The translations under genes were made by a program, and so were the position numbers. From Squalus acanthias (Eukaryota): a DNA stretch of 64,000 nucleotides. The notes under the pieces were generated by a model. That model worked only from the letters and a program-made list of their open reading frames with translations. It was not told the DNA's origin and searched no databases. Below are positions 48,111 to 59,890 of this stretch, one piece after another; the stretch's first letter is position 1, and each line of letters begins with the position of its first letter. The stretch is taken from the NCBI GenBank assembly GCA_030390025.1, contig CM059432.1, positions 141,734,001 to 141,798,000 of the forward strand, read 5' to 3'.

Positions 48111-49235
48111 AAGTGGCAGACATTTAAAGAAATATTCCAAAATGCTCAACAAATATACATTCCATTGAGAAATAAAAACACCACAGGAAAAGTGATCCAT
48201 CCATCGCTAACTAAAGAAGTTAAGGATAGTATTAGATTAAAAGAGGAGGTTTATAATGTTAAGAATAGTAGTACGCCTGAGGATTTAGAGAGCTTTTGAA
48301 ACCAGCAAAGGATGACAAAAAAATTGATAAAAAGGGAGAAAATAGAATGAGAGTACACTCGCAAGAAATATAAAAACATATTGTAAGAGCTTCTACAAGT
48401 ACGTAAAAAGGAAGAGAGTAGCAAAAGTAAGCATTGGTCCCTTAGAGGCCAAGAAAGGAGAAATTATAATGGGGAATAAGGAAATGTCAGACTTTAAACA
48501 AATATTTTATATCTGGCCTCACAGTAGAAGGCACAAAAAACATACCAAAAATAGTGGGGAACCAAGGGGCTAATGAAAATGAGGAACTTAAAGTAATTAA
48601 GATCAGTAGAGAAAAAGTACTTGAGAAACTAATGGGGCTAAAAGCTGACAAAGCCCCTGGACCCTGATGGCCTACATATTAGGGTTCTAAAAGAGGTGGC
48701 TGCAGAGATAGTGGATGCACTGGTTGTGATCTTCCAAAATTCCCTAGATTCTAGAACAATCCCAGCGGATTGGAAGGTAGCAAATGTAACACCGCTATTC
48801 AAGAAAGTTGGGAGAGAGAAAACAGGGAACTACAGAACAGTTAGCCTGACATCAGTCGTCAGGAAAATGCTGGACTCCATTATTAAGGAAGTGGTAACAG
48901 GGCACTTAGAAAATCATAATATGATCAGACAGAGTCAACATAGTTTTATGAAAGGGAAATCATGTTTAACGAACGTATGAGAGTTTTTTGAGGATGTAAC
49001 TAGCAGGTTAGATAAAGGGGAACCAGTGGACGTAGTATATTTGGATTTTCAAAAGGCATCCGATAAGGTGCCACATAAAATGTTGCTATGCAAGGTAAGG
49101 GCTCATGGGGTTGGAGGGGGTAATATATTAGCATGGATAGAAAATTGGTTAATGGACTGAAAACAGAGAGTACAGATAAACGGGATATTTTCCGGTTGGC
49201 AGGCTGTAACTAGTGGGGTGCAACAAGGATCAGTG
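48110..49235 (+). mobile_element. CR1 LINE 'A', 5' part (interrupted in RT)
   Basis: CKSFYKYVKRKR, EIVDALVVIFQNS, NYR.VSLTS, GKSCLTN; ends at SGVQQGSV. Confidence 0.9.
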
Positions 49236-52200
49236 AGAAAAGAGAGCATAGGAAAGAATAAGGTAAGGGAGGACATTCATGGCAAGAGAATAAATAGAGT
49301 TATAGAACAGGAGTCTAAAAAGATGGTTAAACATAAAGTGAGAGGAAATCCTATTAAAACTGAGTTAAACTGTCTGTGCAGCAATGCACACAGTGTCCGT
49401 AATGAAACAGCGGAGCTGGAGGCAATCATGGGTTGCGAGGAACCAGACACAGTAGGGATTACTGAGACATGGCTACAGAAAAATCAGGATGGGAATTAAA
49501 CATTGCAGGGTATAACATATTTAGAAAAGATAGAGAGGGGAAAAGGAGAGGTGGAGTAGCTGTACTTATTAGGGATAACATAATGGCAGTAGAAAAAAGT
49601 GACGCAGCTATCAGCAAGACAAAAATAGAATCCATATGGATAGAGATAAAAGATAATAAAGAATCAATTGCAGGTGTAGTCTACAGACCACCTAATAGTG
49701 GAAGGGAGGTGGAGGAAGAAATATGCAGACAAATTAGGGAAATTAGTAAAAAATAGAAATCATCATCATGGGGGATTTCAACTACCCCAATATTAACTGG
49801 ACAGAAGAGGTAGGTAAAGGGGATAAGGGAATGGAGTTCCTACAATGTGTACAGGACTCCTTTCTAACCCAATGTGTAAAAAGCCCAACAAGGGAGGATT
49901 CGCTATTGGATCTTGTAATGGGGAATGAACCAAAGCAGATAAGAGAAATAAAAGTAGGGGAACATCTAGGCAATAGTGACCATAATATGATGCGCTTTAT
50001 GATAATTGAGAAGGACATAAGTATGACGAAAACCAGGGTAATAGATTGGAGAAAAGCTGATTTTGAGGGGCTGAGAACAGAACTTGGGAAAATAAAATGG
50101 ACAACAATATTGGCAAACAACGATGTAGAACAGCAATGGGAAACATTTAAAACGGTGTTCAACAGAGTACAGGAACAATATATTCCGCTAAAAAGAACGA
50201 ACAAACTAAACGTTAATGAGACCCCATGGATGAATAAAGCCATAAGGGAACAACTGAGGGTAAGGAAAGAGGCATACATTAAGTACATAGACAGCAGGGG
50301 AGTACATGATAAGGGAGAATACGAAGAGATTAGGAGAGAAGTCAAAAAAACAATTAGGAAGGCAAAGAGGAACTATGAAACTAAATCAAGGAACATAAAA
50401 CAAAATAATAAAATATTTTACAGGCACATCAATAAAAAAAAAGGTTGGGATGGGAATAGGGCCATTAAGGGATAGACAGGATAATAGCACAGGTAACGAT
50501 AGAGAGATGGCAGAAATATTAAATCATTATTTTGCTTCAGTATTTACCAGGGAGATAGAACAGGTGGACATGACATTGAATGATGAGATTAGTAATGAGA
50601 TAAGTGCATTTAAAATAAAAAAAAGAGGGGATATATTAAATAAACTAATCAAACTCAGTATAAAACCCCTGGTCAGGATGGATTGCAGCCACGCATTTTA
50701 AAAGAATCTAGGGAAGAGATAGCAGAGGCATTACTACACAAATTTAATAATTCATTAGAAAAAGTTGTAGTGCCAGAGGACTGGCGGATAGCTAAAGCAA
50801 TACCTATATTTAAGAAGGGGGATAGAACATGTCCAGGGAATTATAGACCAGTCAGCTTAACATCGGTGGTAGGAAAAAATCATGGAATCCCAACTAAAAG
50901 AGAAAATAGAACATCTAGAAACCAAAAACATGGTAACGAATAGTCAGCATGGATTTCAAAAGGTAAAGCCTTGCTTGACCAACCTCATTGAATTTTTTGA
51001 AGAGGTAACAGAGAGAGTAGACAATGGTAATGCAGTAGAGGTAATTTATCTAGATTTTCAAAAGGCCTTCGATAAGATACCCCATAATAGACTAATGAAC
51101 AAGGTCAAAGAATGCGGAGTCAGGGGACAAGTAGCAGAATGGATAGCTAGCTGGCTTCAAGACAGAAAGCAGAGAGTAGGGGTAAAGGGTAGCTATTCAC
51201 AGTGGCAGAAAGTGGGTAGTGGTGTTCCATAAGGATCAGTGCTGGGACCACTGCTGTTCACAATTTACATTAACGATTTAGACTTTGGAATCAAAAACAC
51301 AATTTCTAAATTTGCGGATGACACCAAATTGGGGGGGATAGTCAATACCGAGGAAGACTGCAACAAATTACAGGAGGACATTAATAAACTTGCAGAATGG
51401 GCATATAATTGGCAAATGAAGTTCAACACAGATAAATGTGAGGTATTACATTTTGGTAGGAAGAATAGGGAGGTCACTTATTACTTGGAGGGTGCGAGTG
51501 TAGGTGGGGTAGAGGAACAAAGGGATCTCTGAGTACAAATACACAAATCACTAAAAGTTGCGACACAGGTTAGCAAGGCCATAAAAAAGCAAACCAAGCA
51601 CTAGGGTTTATTTGTAGAGGGATAGAACTGAAAAGTAGGGAAGTTATGCTAAACCTGTATCGAACCTTGGTTAGACCACACTTAGTGGAGTACTGCGTAC
51701 AGTTCTGGTCGCCATATTATAAAAATGATATAGAGGCACTGGAGCGGGTGCAGAGAAGATTTACAATGATGATACCAGAAATGCGAGGGCATACATATCA
51801 GGAAAGAATGAACAGGCTGGGTCTCTTTTCTCTTGAAAAAAGAAGGCTGAGGGGTGACCTAATAGAGGTCTTTAAAATAATGAAAGGTTTTGATAGAGTG
51901 GATACAGAGAGAATGTTTCCACTTGTGGGGAAGAGCAAAACTAGAGGCCATCAATATAAGATAGTCACCAAGAAATCCAATAGGGAATTCAGAAGAAATT
52001 TCTTTACCCAAAGAGTGATGAGAATGTGGAACTCGCTACCACAGGGAGTGGTTGAAGCGAAAAGTATAGATGCATTTAAGGGGAGGCTGGACAAGCATAT
52101 GAGGGACAAGGGAAGAGAGGGTTACGCTGATAGATTTAGATGAGGAAAGAGAGGAGGCGGCTCGAGTGGAGCATAAACGCCGGCATGGACTGGTTGGACC

Positions 52201-52242
52201 GAATGGCCTGTTTCTGCGTCTTTTATCCTATGTAATCCTATG
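49236..52242 (+). mobile_element. CR1 LINE 'B', complete ORF2 region, nested in CR1 'A'
   Basis: Long ORF pieces ([46 protein letters not shown]); tail ATCCTATGTAATCCTATG. Confidence 0.93.
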
Positions 52243-53208
52243 GCTTAGATGAACCGAACTCGTGTAATATATCCAAATTTGCTGATGATACAAAGCTAGG
52301 TGGGAAAGTAAGCTGTGAGGAGGACACAAAGAGCCTGCAAAGGGATATAGACAGGTTAAGTGAGTGGGCAAAAAGGTGGCAGATGAAGTATAATGTGGGA
52401 AAATGTGCGGTTATTCACTTTGGTAGGAAGAATAGAAAATATTTTTTGAAATGGTGAGAAACTATTAAACTTTGGTGTTCAGAGAGATTTAGGTGTCCTC
52501 GCACAGGAAACACAGAGTAAGCATGCAGGTATAGCAAGCAATTAGGAAGGCAAATGGTATGTTGGCCTTTATTGCAAGGGGGTTGGAGTACAAGAGTAAG
52601 CAAGTCTTGCTACAATTGTACGCAAGTCTTGCTACAATTGTACAGGGCTTTGATGAGACCACACTTGGAGTACTGTGCACAGTTTTGGTCTCCTTATCTG
52701 AGGAAGGATATACTTGCCTTAGAGGCGGTGCAACAAAGGTTCACTAGATTGATTATTGGGATGGGAGGGTTGTCCTATGAGGAGAGATTGAGTAGATTGG
52801 GCCAAGAATCTCAAGTTTAGAAGGATGAGAGGTGATCCCATTGAAACATGCAAAATTCTGAGGGGCATGACAGGGTAGATGCTGAGAGGTTGTTTCCCCT
52901 GGCTGGAGCATCGAGAACGAGGGGGCAGAGACTCTGGATAAGAGGTCGGCCATTTAAGACTGAGATGAGAAGGAATTTCTTCACTCAGAGGGTTGTGAAT
53001 CTTTGGAATTCTCTGCCCCAGAGGGCTGTGAATGCTGAATTGTTGAGTATATTCAAGGCTGAGATAGATCGATTTTTGGAATCAAGGGATATGGGGATTG
53101 GGTGGGAAAGTGGAGTTGAGGTCGAAAATCAGCCATGATCTTATTGCATGGAGGAGCAGACTTGAGGGGCTGTCTGGCCTACACCTGCTCCTAATTCTTA
53201 TGTTCTTA
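52243..53208 (+). mobile_element. CR1 LINE 'A', 3' part
   Basis: Resumes at [42 protein letters not shown]; tail TTCTTATGTTCTTA; contains a 22-bp tandem duplication at 52600-52643. Confidence 0.9.
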
Positions 53209-53583
53209 AGGGTTACGGAACCAAGGTAGATAGATGGAATTAAGATACAGATCAGCCATGATCTAATTGAACGGCAGAACAGGCTGAATGGCCTCCTCTT
53301 GTTCCTGTGAAAAGTTTTGGGACTCTTGCCTCAAGCAAATAATGTTTTTTTTGGGGGGGGGGGGTAATTCTAGCAATGTTTCTAATCGACAGAAAGACAG
53401 ACCATTTACAGAGTGAAGAAAATGGTCAGGCTCTTTCCATTGTACCAGATGAACAACAATATTACAGTACTCCCCAGCACTGTGTGTGCATCTCTCACCT
53501 GGAACAGAATCAAATAGAGAATTAAAAAAAATAAAAATAAAACCATCTAAGAGAGTGACTTTAGACTGAAAATTTAACAATCA

Positions 53584-53734
53584 AGGGCGAATTTTCACTT
53601 TTACCGTCGGGTGTAAAACGGGTGGTGATGGATCGGGCGCCTGCTTTACACCCTGCCCGTCTAGGTCAATGGGCGGGGCGTAAAACAGGAGGCCGATCCA
53701 CTAACACCCGGCAGTAACAGTGAAAATTCACCCC
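53584..53734. mobile_element. Palindromic MITE with ~16-bp terminal inverted repeats
   Basis: AGGGCGAATTTTCACT...AGTGAAAATTCACCCC; internal arms also complementary. Confidence 0.75.
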
Positions 53735-54418
53735 GCAGAGTTTACATACAGCCTCTTGGAGTGAAGAAACACACTGCTTGTCTATTTTAAGTTACATCCT
53801 GTATGACTGACGCAGGTTTCATGTTTGCCTCCGTAGCTTATGCAGTTCTATTAACAAGCCTAGATTAAAAAGGCAATTGAGGTGTTGTGAATAAATTGTA
53901 TCTTTACAGTTTGAAAATTGTGTCTCGCTCATGCAAGCTCAGTCACTGCTGATCTCCCTGCCAAATGAAGAATGAATTTCTTATCAACAAAAACAGCTGA
54001 TATAACCAAGCTCAGGCACTGACTTATATACCCCTGCGGGAATGGTAGAACTGCATTTGTCGCTGTGACTAATCAGACTGATGTCATTGAATATATTTGG
54101 TTAAAATAGATTAATCTGCTGCTTAATTTTGTTAAAAAGTTACAGAACAACCTTCTCCAAATGCTGCAATAACACGTTAAAGGGTTTGTTTGTATACGTT
54201 CGGATTGGACGGGAAACAGCACACTCGCGTCACCTTTATACTATATTTTGATCAGCCGCCCATGCAGTACGGGCAGATCTTGGGTGCTCGCTAGAGAGGT
54301 GTTGGGGAGGTGGAAGGAAGATGGGGTGTTTGGAGATGAAGCTAGTGGGCTGCTCCAAAAGGGAAACCTCTCTAGCAGATGTAGCTCCGTTTGTAACTTG
54401 GCAGCCAAATTGATCCGT

Positions 54419-54419
54419 G

Positions 54420-54452
<33 letters not shown>

Positions 54453-54456
54453 AAAA

Positions 54457-54480
<24 letters not shown>
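54419..54480. repeat. (TA)n microsatellite
   Basis: Read directly from sequence. Confidence 0.95.
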
Positions 54481-54489
<9 letters not shown>

Positions 54490-54810
54490 TTCATTCTTGG
54501 GATGTGGGCATCGCTGGCAAGGCCGACATTTATTGCCCATCCCTTGTTGCCCTCGAGAGGGTAGTGGTGGGCCGCCTTCTTGAACCGTTGTAGTCTGTGT
54601 GGTGATTCTTTGTAGTGGTTTGATGCAACTGAGTGACTTGCGAGGCCACTTCAGAGAGCAGTTAAGAATCAACCGCATTGGTGTGGGACTGGAGTCACAT
54701 ACAGACCCAGCCGGGTAAGGACGGCAGCTTTCATTCCCTAAAGGACATGAGTTGTGTTTTTACGACAACCTGATAGCTTTTACTGATGCCCATTTTTTTT
54801 AATGATCAGA
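54481..54810 (-). mobile_element. Non-autonomous derivative of the 2333-5345 LINE (5' region fused to 3' tail)
   Basis: 54481-54596 matches LINE tail 2335-2447; 54612-54745 matches LINE 5' region ~5217-5345. Confidence 0.75.
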
Positions 54811-55057
54811 TTCTGTCTTGTATTCAGTATGTATATTACACACACTAACAGACTCCCTCCCCAAGGCCAGAATGTTTTTTTAAAAAAGGCTAACACAAGA
54901 ACACAAATTGACAGGATATGCAGCCAGCAGGTGGTTTGACACGTTGGACCCCCTGGGACACATCTCATTGTCTTGGCTGTGCTCTTTGTTGCAGGGAATA
55001 ATGTGAATAGATTTTGTCTGGGTTTAAATTGTGAATTCTGGGAGATTCTCTCATTGC

Positions 55058-55190
55058 TAACTTACCTGACGAAGGAGCGAACTGCTTCGAAAGCTTGTAA
55101 AATTAAATAAATCTGTTGGACTATAACCTGGTGTTGTGCGACTTCTCATTTTTGTCCACCCCAGTCCAACGCCGGCATCTCCACATCAAG
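55058..55190 (+). mobile_element. Short Penelope-like fragment (family 1) with minimal hammerhead motif
   Basis: TTAC-CTGACGA-A-GGAGC(GAACT)GCTTC-GAAAG-CTT-GTAA then AAATAAATCTGTTGGACTATAACCTGGTGTTGTGCGAC shared with 44283-44380. Confidence 0.7.
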
Positions 55191-55316
55191 GCCAGAATGG
55201 ACTTGGGCTGGCAAAGCCAATGGGGTTCGAGAAAATTCAAATCAGTGCGGCTGGGATATATAATGTGGAGGGTAATTGTGGTCAAGTTTAATTCACAACT
55301 GTACAAGAAATTTGTA

Positions 55317-55778
55317 AAAAAAAGACTTGCATTTATACAGCGCCTTTCATGACCTCAGGACGTCCCAAAGTGCTTTACAGCCAATGAAGTACTTTTGAAG
55401 TGTAGTCGCTGTTGTAATGTAGGAAACGCGGCAGCCAATTTTGCACACAGCATGCTCCCACAAACAGCAATTTGATAATAACCAGATCTATTTTTGGTGA
55501 TTTTGATTGAGGGATAAATATTGGCCAGGACACCGGGAGAGAACTCCCTTGCTTCTCTTCGAATAGTGCCATGGAATCTTTTACGCCCACCCGAGGGGGC
55601 AGACAGGGGCCTCGGTTTAACATCTCATCTGAAAGACGGCACCTCTGACAGTGCAGCACTCCCTCAGCACTGCACTGGGAGTGTCAGCCTCGATTTTTGT
55701 GCTCAAGTCTCTGGATAATGACCAGATAATCTGTTTTCAGTGATGTTGGGTAGGGGGTAAATATTGGCTCCAGGACAA
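55317..55778 (-). mobile_element. Deu-type SINE plus adjacent partial duplicate (55714-55778)
   Basis: High similarity to other copies; head missing. Confidence 0.88.
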
Positions 55779-55944
55779 GTTTAGGAGAACAAGCAGGAAC
55801 TAGAGCAGATGAAGAGGAGCTTTTCAGGCATCTCTAGGACAGGCTCAGCAGCTGGAGAGATGGAGGCACTACAGCACCAGTGGTAGGAAAGCTGCAACTG
55901 CACTGTGACAGGGTGGGAAAGGTTTACATCTTTAGATAGGGGTT

Positions 55945-56165
55945 TCCCCCATTATAAATGTTTACATAGGGATTTTTAATGACACAAACAGCATGACTCA
56001 AAATTGTGACACGGGACAATGTTTTGTGGACATGAAGTGTGCACCATACCCTAGATTTTAATATAATATAGATTTATCTCTATATAATATTAAAAATCTT
56101 ACATATGGCATACACTTCCTGTCCTGTGCCACAATTTTTATGTCACGATTTTATAATGGCAAAAC
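55945..56165. repeat. AT-rich foldback (imperfect inverted repeat, ~65-bp arms)
   Basis: 55992-56073 pairs with 56079-56147; outer CCATTATAAA / TTTATAATGG. Confidence 0.65.
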
Positions 56166-56524
56166 AATACGTCAACATTTGCTGTCACGATGTAGTTTCA
56201 GACTTCTGGCATTGTTGTAATCCCTGGCTAAAAATCTCTAAACTGGGCAGCTAAGAAAGCAACAACTTAAATTATTTTATTTTAAAATTTTGAAGCACTG
56301 TTACCGCACTCCCTGGGGCCTCATCGGCCGACATTTAGAAATGTGTCCTTGCAGCCCCCATTGCAAACCCACTACTTGTTCCCAGATTATGGCAGTTCCA
56401 TCGCCTTTTCTGCTTCCCACTTATGGTGACCCTACTGCCCACTTCACCTCTCTCTCTCCCCTTGCCTGCAGTGGTTTGGTTCCGCCTCACTACCTACTGC
56501 CCAGCTCCATTATTTATTTATCAG

Positions 56525-56732
56525 ATGTGGAATGCACAGCTTGAAAGGGTGATGGAAGCAGATTCAGTAGTAACTTTCAAAAGGGAACTGGATAAATACT
56601 TGAAAAGGAAAAATTTGCAGAGCTATGGGGAGAGAGCAGGGGGGAGTGGGACTAACTGGATAGCTCTTTCAAAGAGCCAGCACAGGCACGATGGGCTGAA
56701 TGGCCTCCTTCTGTGCTGTATCATTCTATGAA
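56525..56732 (+). mobile_element. CR1 3' fragment
   Basis: WNA..ERVMEADS...FKRELDKYLK and tail. Confidence 0.85.
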
Positions 56733-57155
56733 ATCGCTTCTCTTTGGCCCCATGGAATGCTGCTGCCTGATTGGCCTTTTAAAAGAATATGGTGGCCCAG
56801 CTAGCCCCATTTCCTGGCTCCGCTGTTTAAAAAAAGGCAAGATGCCATTTTCAAAATGAATGCCAACGAAAAGCTTTAAAAAATATACAAACTTATTTAC
56901 AATATCCCAACTACTTTAAAATAAATTTCTGATTTTATTTCAGATTTCCAGCATCCGCAGTATTTTGTATTAAAATAAATCGAGCCTGTTTAAAAAAAAA
57001 TACACTGCATAAACTATCAGGGCAAACATAAAACCCGTGTCAAGTAAGGACAGTTACAGAAAGAAACATTTTTTTTCTCATTTAGTTTGTTAGTAACGCC
57101 ACAGAGATCAACTATCGAAATTAAATGTCTTTCGTATAGCATGTACTTCCTGCAA

Positions 57156-57274
57156 GTTTTTAAAAATGAATTCTTGGAATGTGAGTGTCGCTGGCAAGGC
57201 CAGCATTTATTAACTACCCTCAGGCTAACTAGGGATGGGTAAGTGTCAAACATGTTGGTGTGGGACTGGAGTCA
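57156..57274 (-). mobile_element. Very short non-autonomous LINE derivative with TSD
   Basis: LINE tail joined to 5'-region sequence; CATGTACTTCCTG(C/T)AA at 57140-57155 and 57275-57290. Confidence 0.7.
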
Positions 57275-57984
57275 CATGTACTTCCTGTAACACATTATAT
57301 AACAACACTCCTATTGTTATAAAACAGCCTATTCTCTGACTCACTGAGCAACACCATGGCAGCATTACGGCATTATATAATATTCTGTATCTGTAAATGC
57401 ATAATGCTCCTGCCATTATAAAATAACTGTATTTCCCTAATTTCCATTTACAAGGCCACAGGAGATCTGCTAGGAATATGTAATAATACATTGTGTGCGA
57501 CACACTAGAATTCTCCAGTTGAAATAAAACAGCGTACCTCCGACTTACTATAAAGGTCACAGGAGATCTGCAGGTTTGTGCTATTTTTAATCTCTATACG
57601 CCCTGCCGCTGGACTTGAATTAAAAAGCCTGATCCTGCCCATTTACAAATGCCCTTTAAACAAGTTATCTCAGAATCTTTACCCAAGAGAAACCAATTAA
57701 TAAGTACTTCTATTATGCCAGTGGCCAGGGCTTTGCTTATACATAATTAATACTTGCATTTAAATGGCATCTCCATGTTGAAAGTATTAAAAATGCTTCA
57801 GACAATGAGTCATTTCGAAATGGTGTATTTGGTCCTTTCAGTCTATATTTGTCACAGTTCTTTTTAATCCTGTTCCCAAAATATTTTAACAGCTTATGAC
57901 TGTAAAATGACAACCCAAAGCTCATCCATTACATGCTTTAGTTGAAAGGTTTTCTGCCAAGGGAGTGGGGAAAGCAAGCCTTTA

Positions 57985-58410
57985 AAAAAGACTTGCATTT
58001 ATAAAGAGCCTTTTATGACTGCACTTTACTACTTTTGAAGTGTAGTCACTGTTGTAATGTAGGAAACATGGCAGCCAATTTGTGCACAGCAAGCTCCCAC
58101 AAACAGCAATGTGATAATGACCAGATAATTTGTTTTAGTGATGTTGATTGAGGGATAAATATTGGCCAGGACACTGGGGGATAACTCCCCTGCTCTTCTT
58201 CGAAATAGTGCCATGGGATCTTTTACGTCCACCTGAGAGAGCAGGTTTAACGTCTCATCCGAAAGACAGCACCTTCGACAGTGCAGCACTCCCTCAGCAC
58301 TGCACTGGAGTGTCAGCCTAGATTTTTGTGGTCTAGTCTCTGGAGGGGGACTTGAACCCACAACCTCCTGACTCAGAGGCGAGAGTGCTACCCACTGAGC
58401 CATGGCTGAC
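57985..58410 (-). mobile_element. Deu-type SINE, full length
   Basis: Head GCTACCCACTGAGCCATGGCTG, B box GGACTTGAACCC, shared core and tail. Confidence 0.9.
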
Positions 58411-59249
58411 TGGACTGTACGTTCCTCCCAAGACCTGAACTACCTGTTGTACCTCTGGCGAGGAGCTATGCCCCATTGAACTGTCTTTGTAAGACAGTGG
58501 ACAAATGCTTACAAGAAAGAGTTAAAGATCAATCAAGGATGGCTCTAATAAATACTACAATTTAGACTTTCTTGGAGGAGTTGAGCCTCCATGAATAGTG
58601 CATCAAGGGAGTTTCAACATCGAAACTCCAATTTTTTAACAGCCTGAGTGATAAATTAATGCTGAGATTAGCCACACTATATCGATGACTGACTCTTTGT
58701 ATAATGACACTGGAATCATTTTGTACACCATTATGTGAAAGTAATTTGTCAGCAGCTTGTGAATATACTGCCTCTGGGTTACTGCAAGCCTGAACTCGTC
58801 TGTCTGACTACAACCAAGAAAATGCCTCCTTTGAAGGTGGGATCTATCTGGACAGTTGCCTTCATTTCCCAAGTCTGACAATCTTCCCCCTTGTTAGGAT
58901 GGTAATGGTAGAGAATGCAATCTGATTCCTGGCTTGCTCCAGTGGTGGTACCTGGGCTCCCTCAATACAGCATTCATGGAGGCTCAACCTGGTGGTCTGG
59001 GCACACTGGATTCCTGACTTACTGGTGCCAATAGTAAGTGTCCGGTTTTAAAATGCTGAAAAGCTCGATACAGCCTCATTTATCCAATTCGCGACAGTCT
59101 AGCCAAGAGTCCGATCCCTGGCAGTTTTCCATGTGGTGAACGTGACCTTGGGTGGTAATTTATTCATGTCGGGCTGGCTCATCAGCACTACTACTAATAC
59201 AACTGCTGACAATTTTGAAATATGCTGCCACAGCATTCAAATAAGGAGG

Positions 59250-59465
59250 CAAAATACTGCGGATGCTGGAAATCTGAAATTTAAACAGAAAATGCTGGAG
59301 ACACTCAGCAGGTCAGGCAGCATCTGTGGAGAGAGAAACAGAGTCAATGTTTCAGGTCGATGACCTTTCGTCAGAACTGACCTGAAACGTTAACTCGGTT
59401 TCTCTCTCCACAGATGCTGCCTGACCTGCTGAGTGTTTCCAACATTTTCTGTTTATAATTCAGAT
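59250..59465. mobile_element. Penelope-like repeat (family 2) arranged as an ~87-bp-arm inverted repeat
   Basis: 59272-59358 is the near reverse complement of 59379-59465; hammerhead core spans the loop on the minus strand. Confidence 0.75.
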
Positions 59466-59539
59466 AAGGACTTCGATTTTGGAGAACTTGCATTTATAAT
59501 CTTACAAAGCAAAATGGGAAGCTAAATTCCGAAGTAACC

Positions 59540-59890
59540 AGTGATAAAATGATTCAATAGGGTAGATACGGAGAAACTATTTCCTCTGGCGGGAGGAGTC
59601 CAGAACAAGGGGGCACAATCTGGAGCCAGGCCGTTCAGAATTGAAATCAGGAAGCACTTTTTCCACACAAAGGGTAGTGGAAATCTGGAACTCTCTTCCA
59701 CTGAAGGCTGTGGATGCTGGAGGTTAATTGAAAATTTCAAGACCGAGATGGATATATTTTTGTACAGTAAGGGTATCAAGGAGTATGGAGCAAAGGTGGG
59801 TAGATGGAGTTGAGATACAGATCTGCGCATGATCTAACTGCATAGCTGAACAGCCTCAAGGGGCTGAATGGTCCCCCCCTGTTCCTAACT
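59540..59890 (+). mobile_element. CR1 3' fragment
   Basis: EKLFPLAG..RKHFF..WNS; tail similar to 17230-17595. Confidence 0.8.

Noticed and set aside
49768..52143. Long RT/endonuclease ORFs as an intact active LINE or host gene
   Set aside because: Multiple frameshifts and in-frame stops; ORF1 absent
54100..54140. Minus-strand KQQ-encoding stretch as a possible penultimate ANO10 exon
   Set aside because: No GT donor after KQQ and upstream residues do not resemble ANO10; that exon probably lies beyond the window
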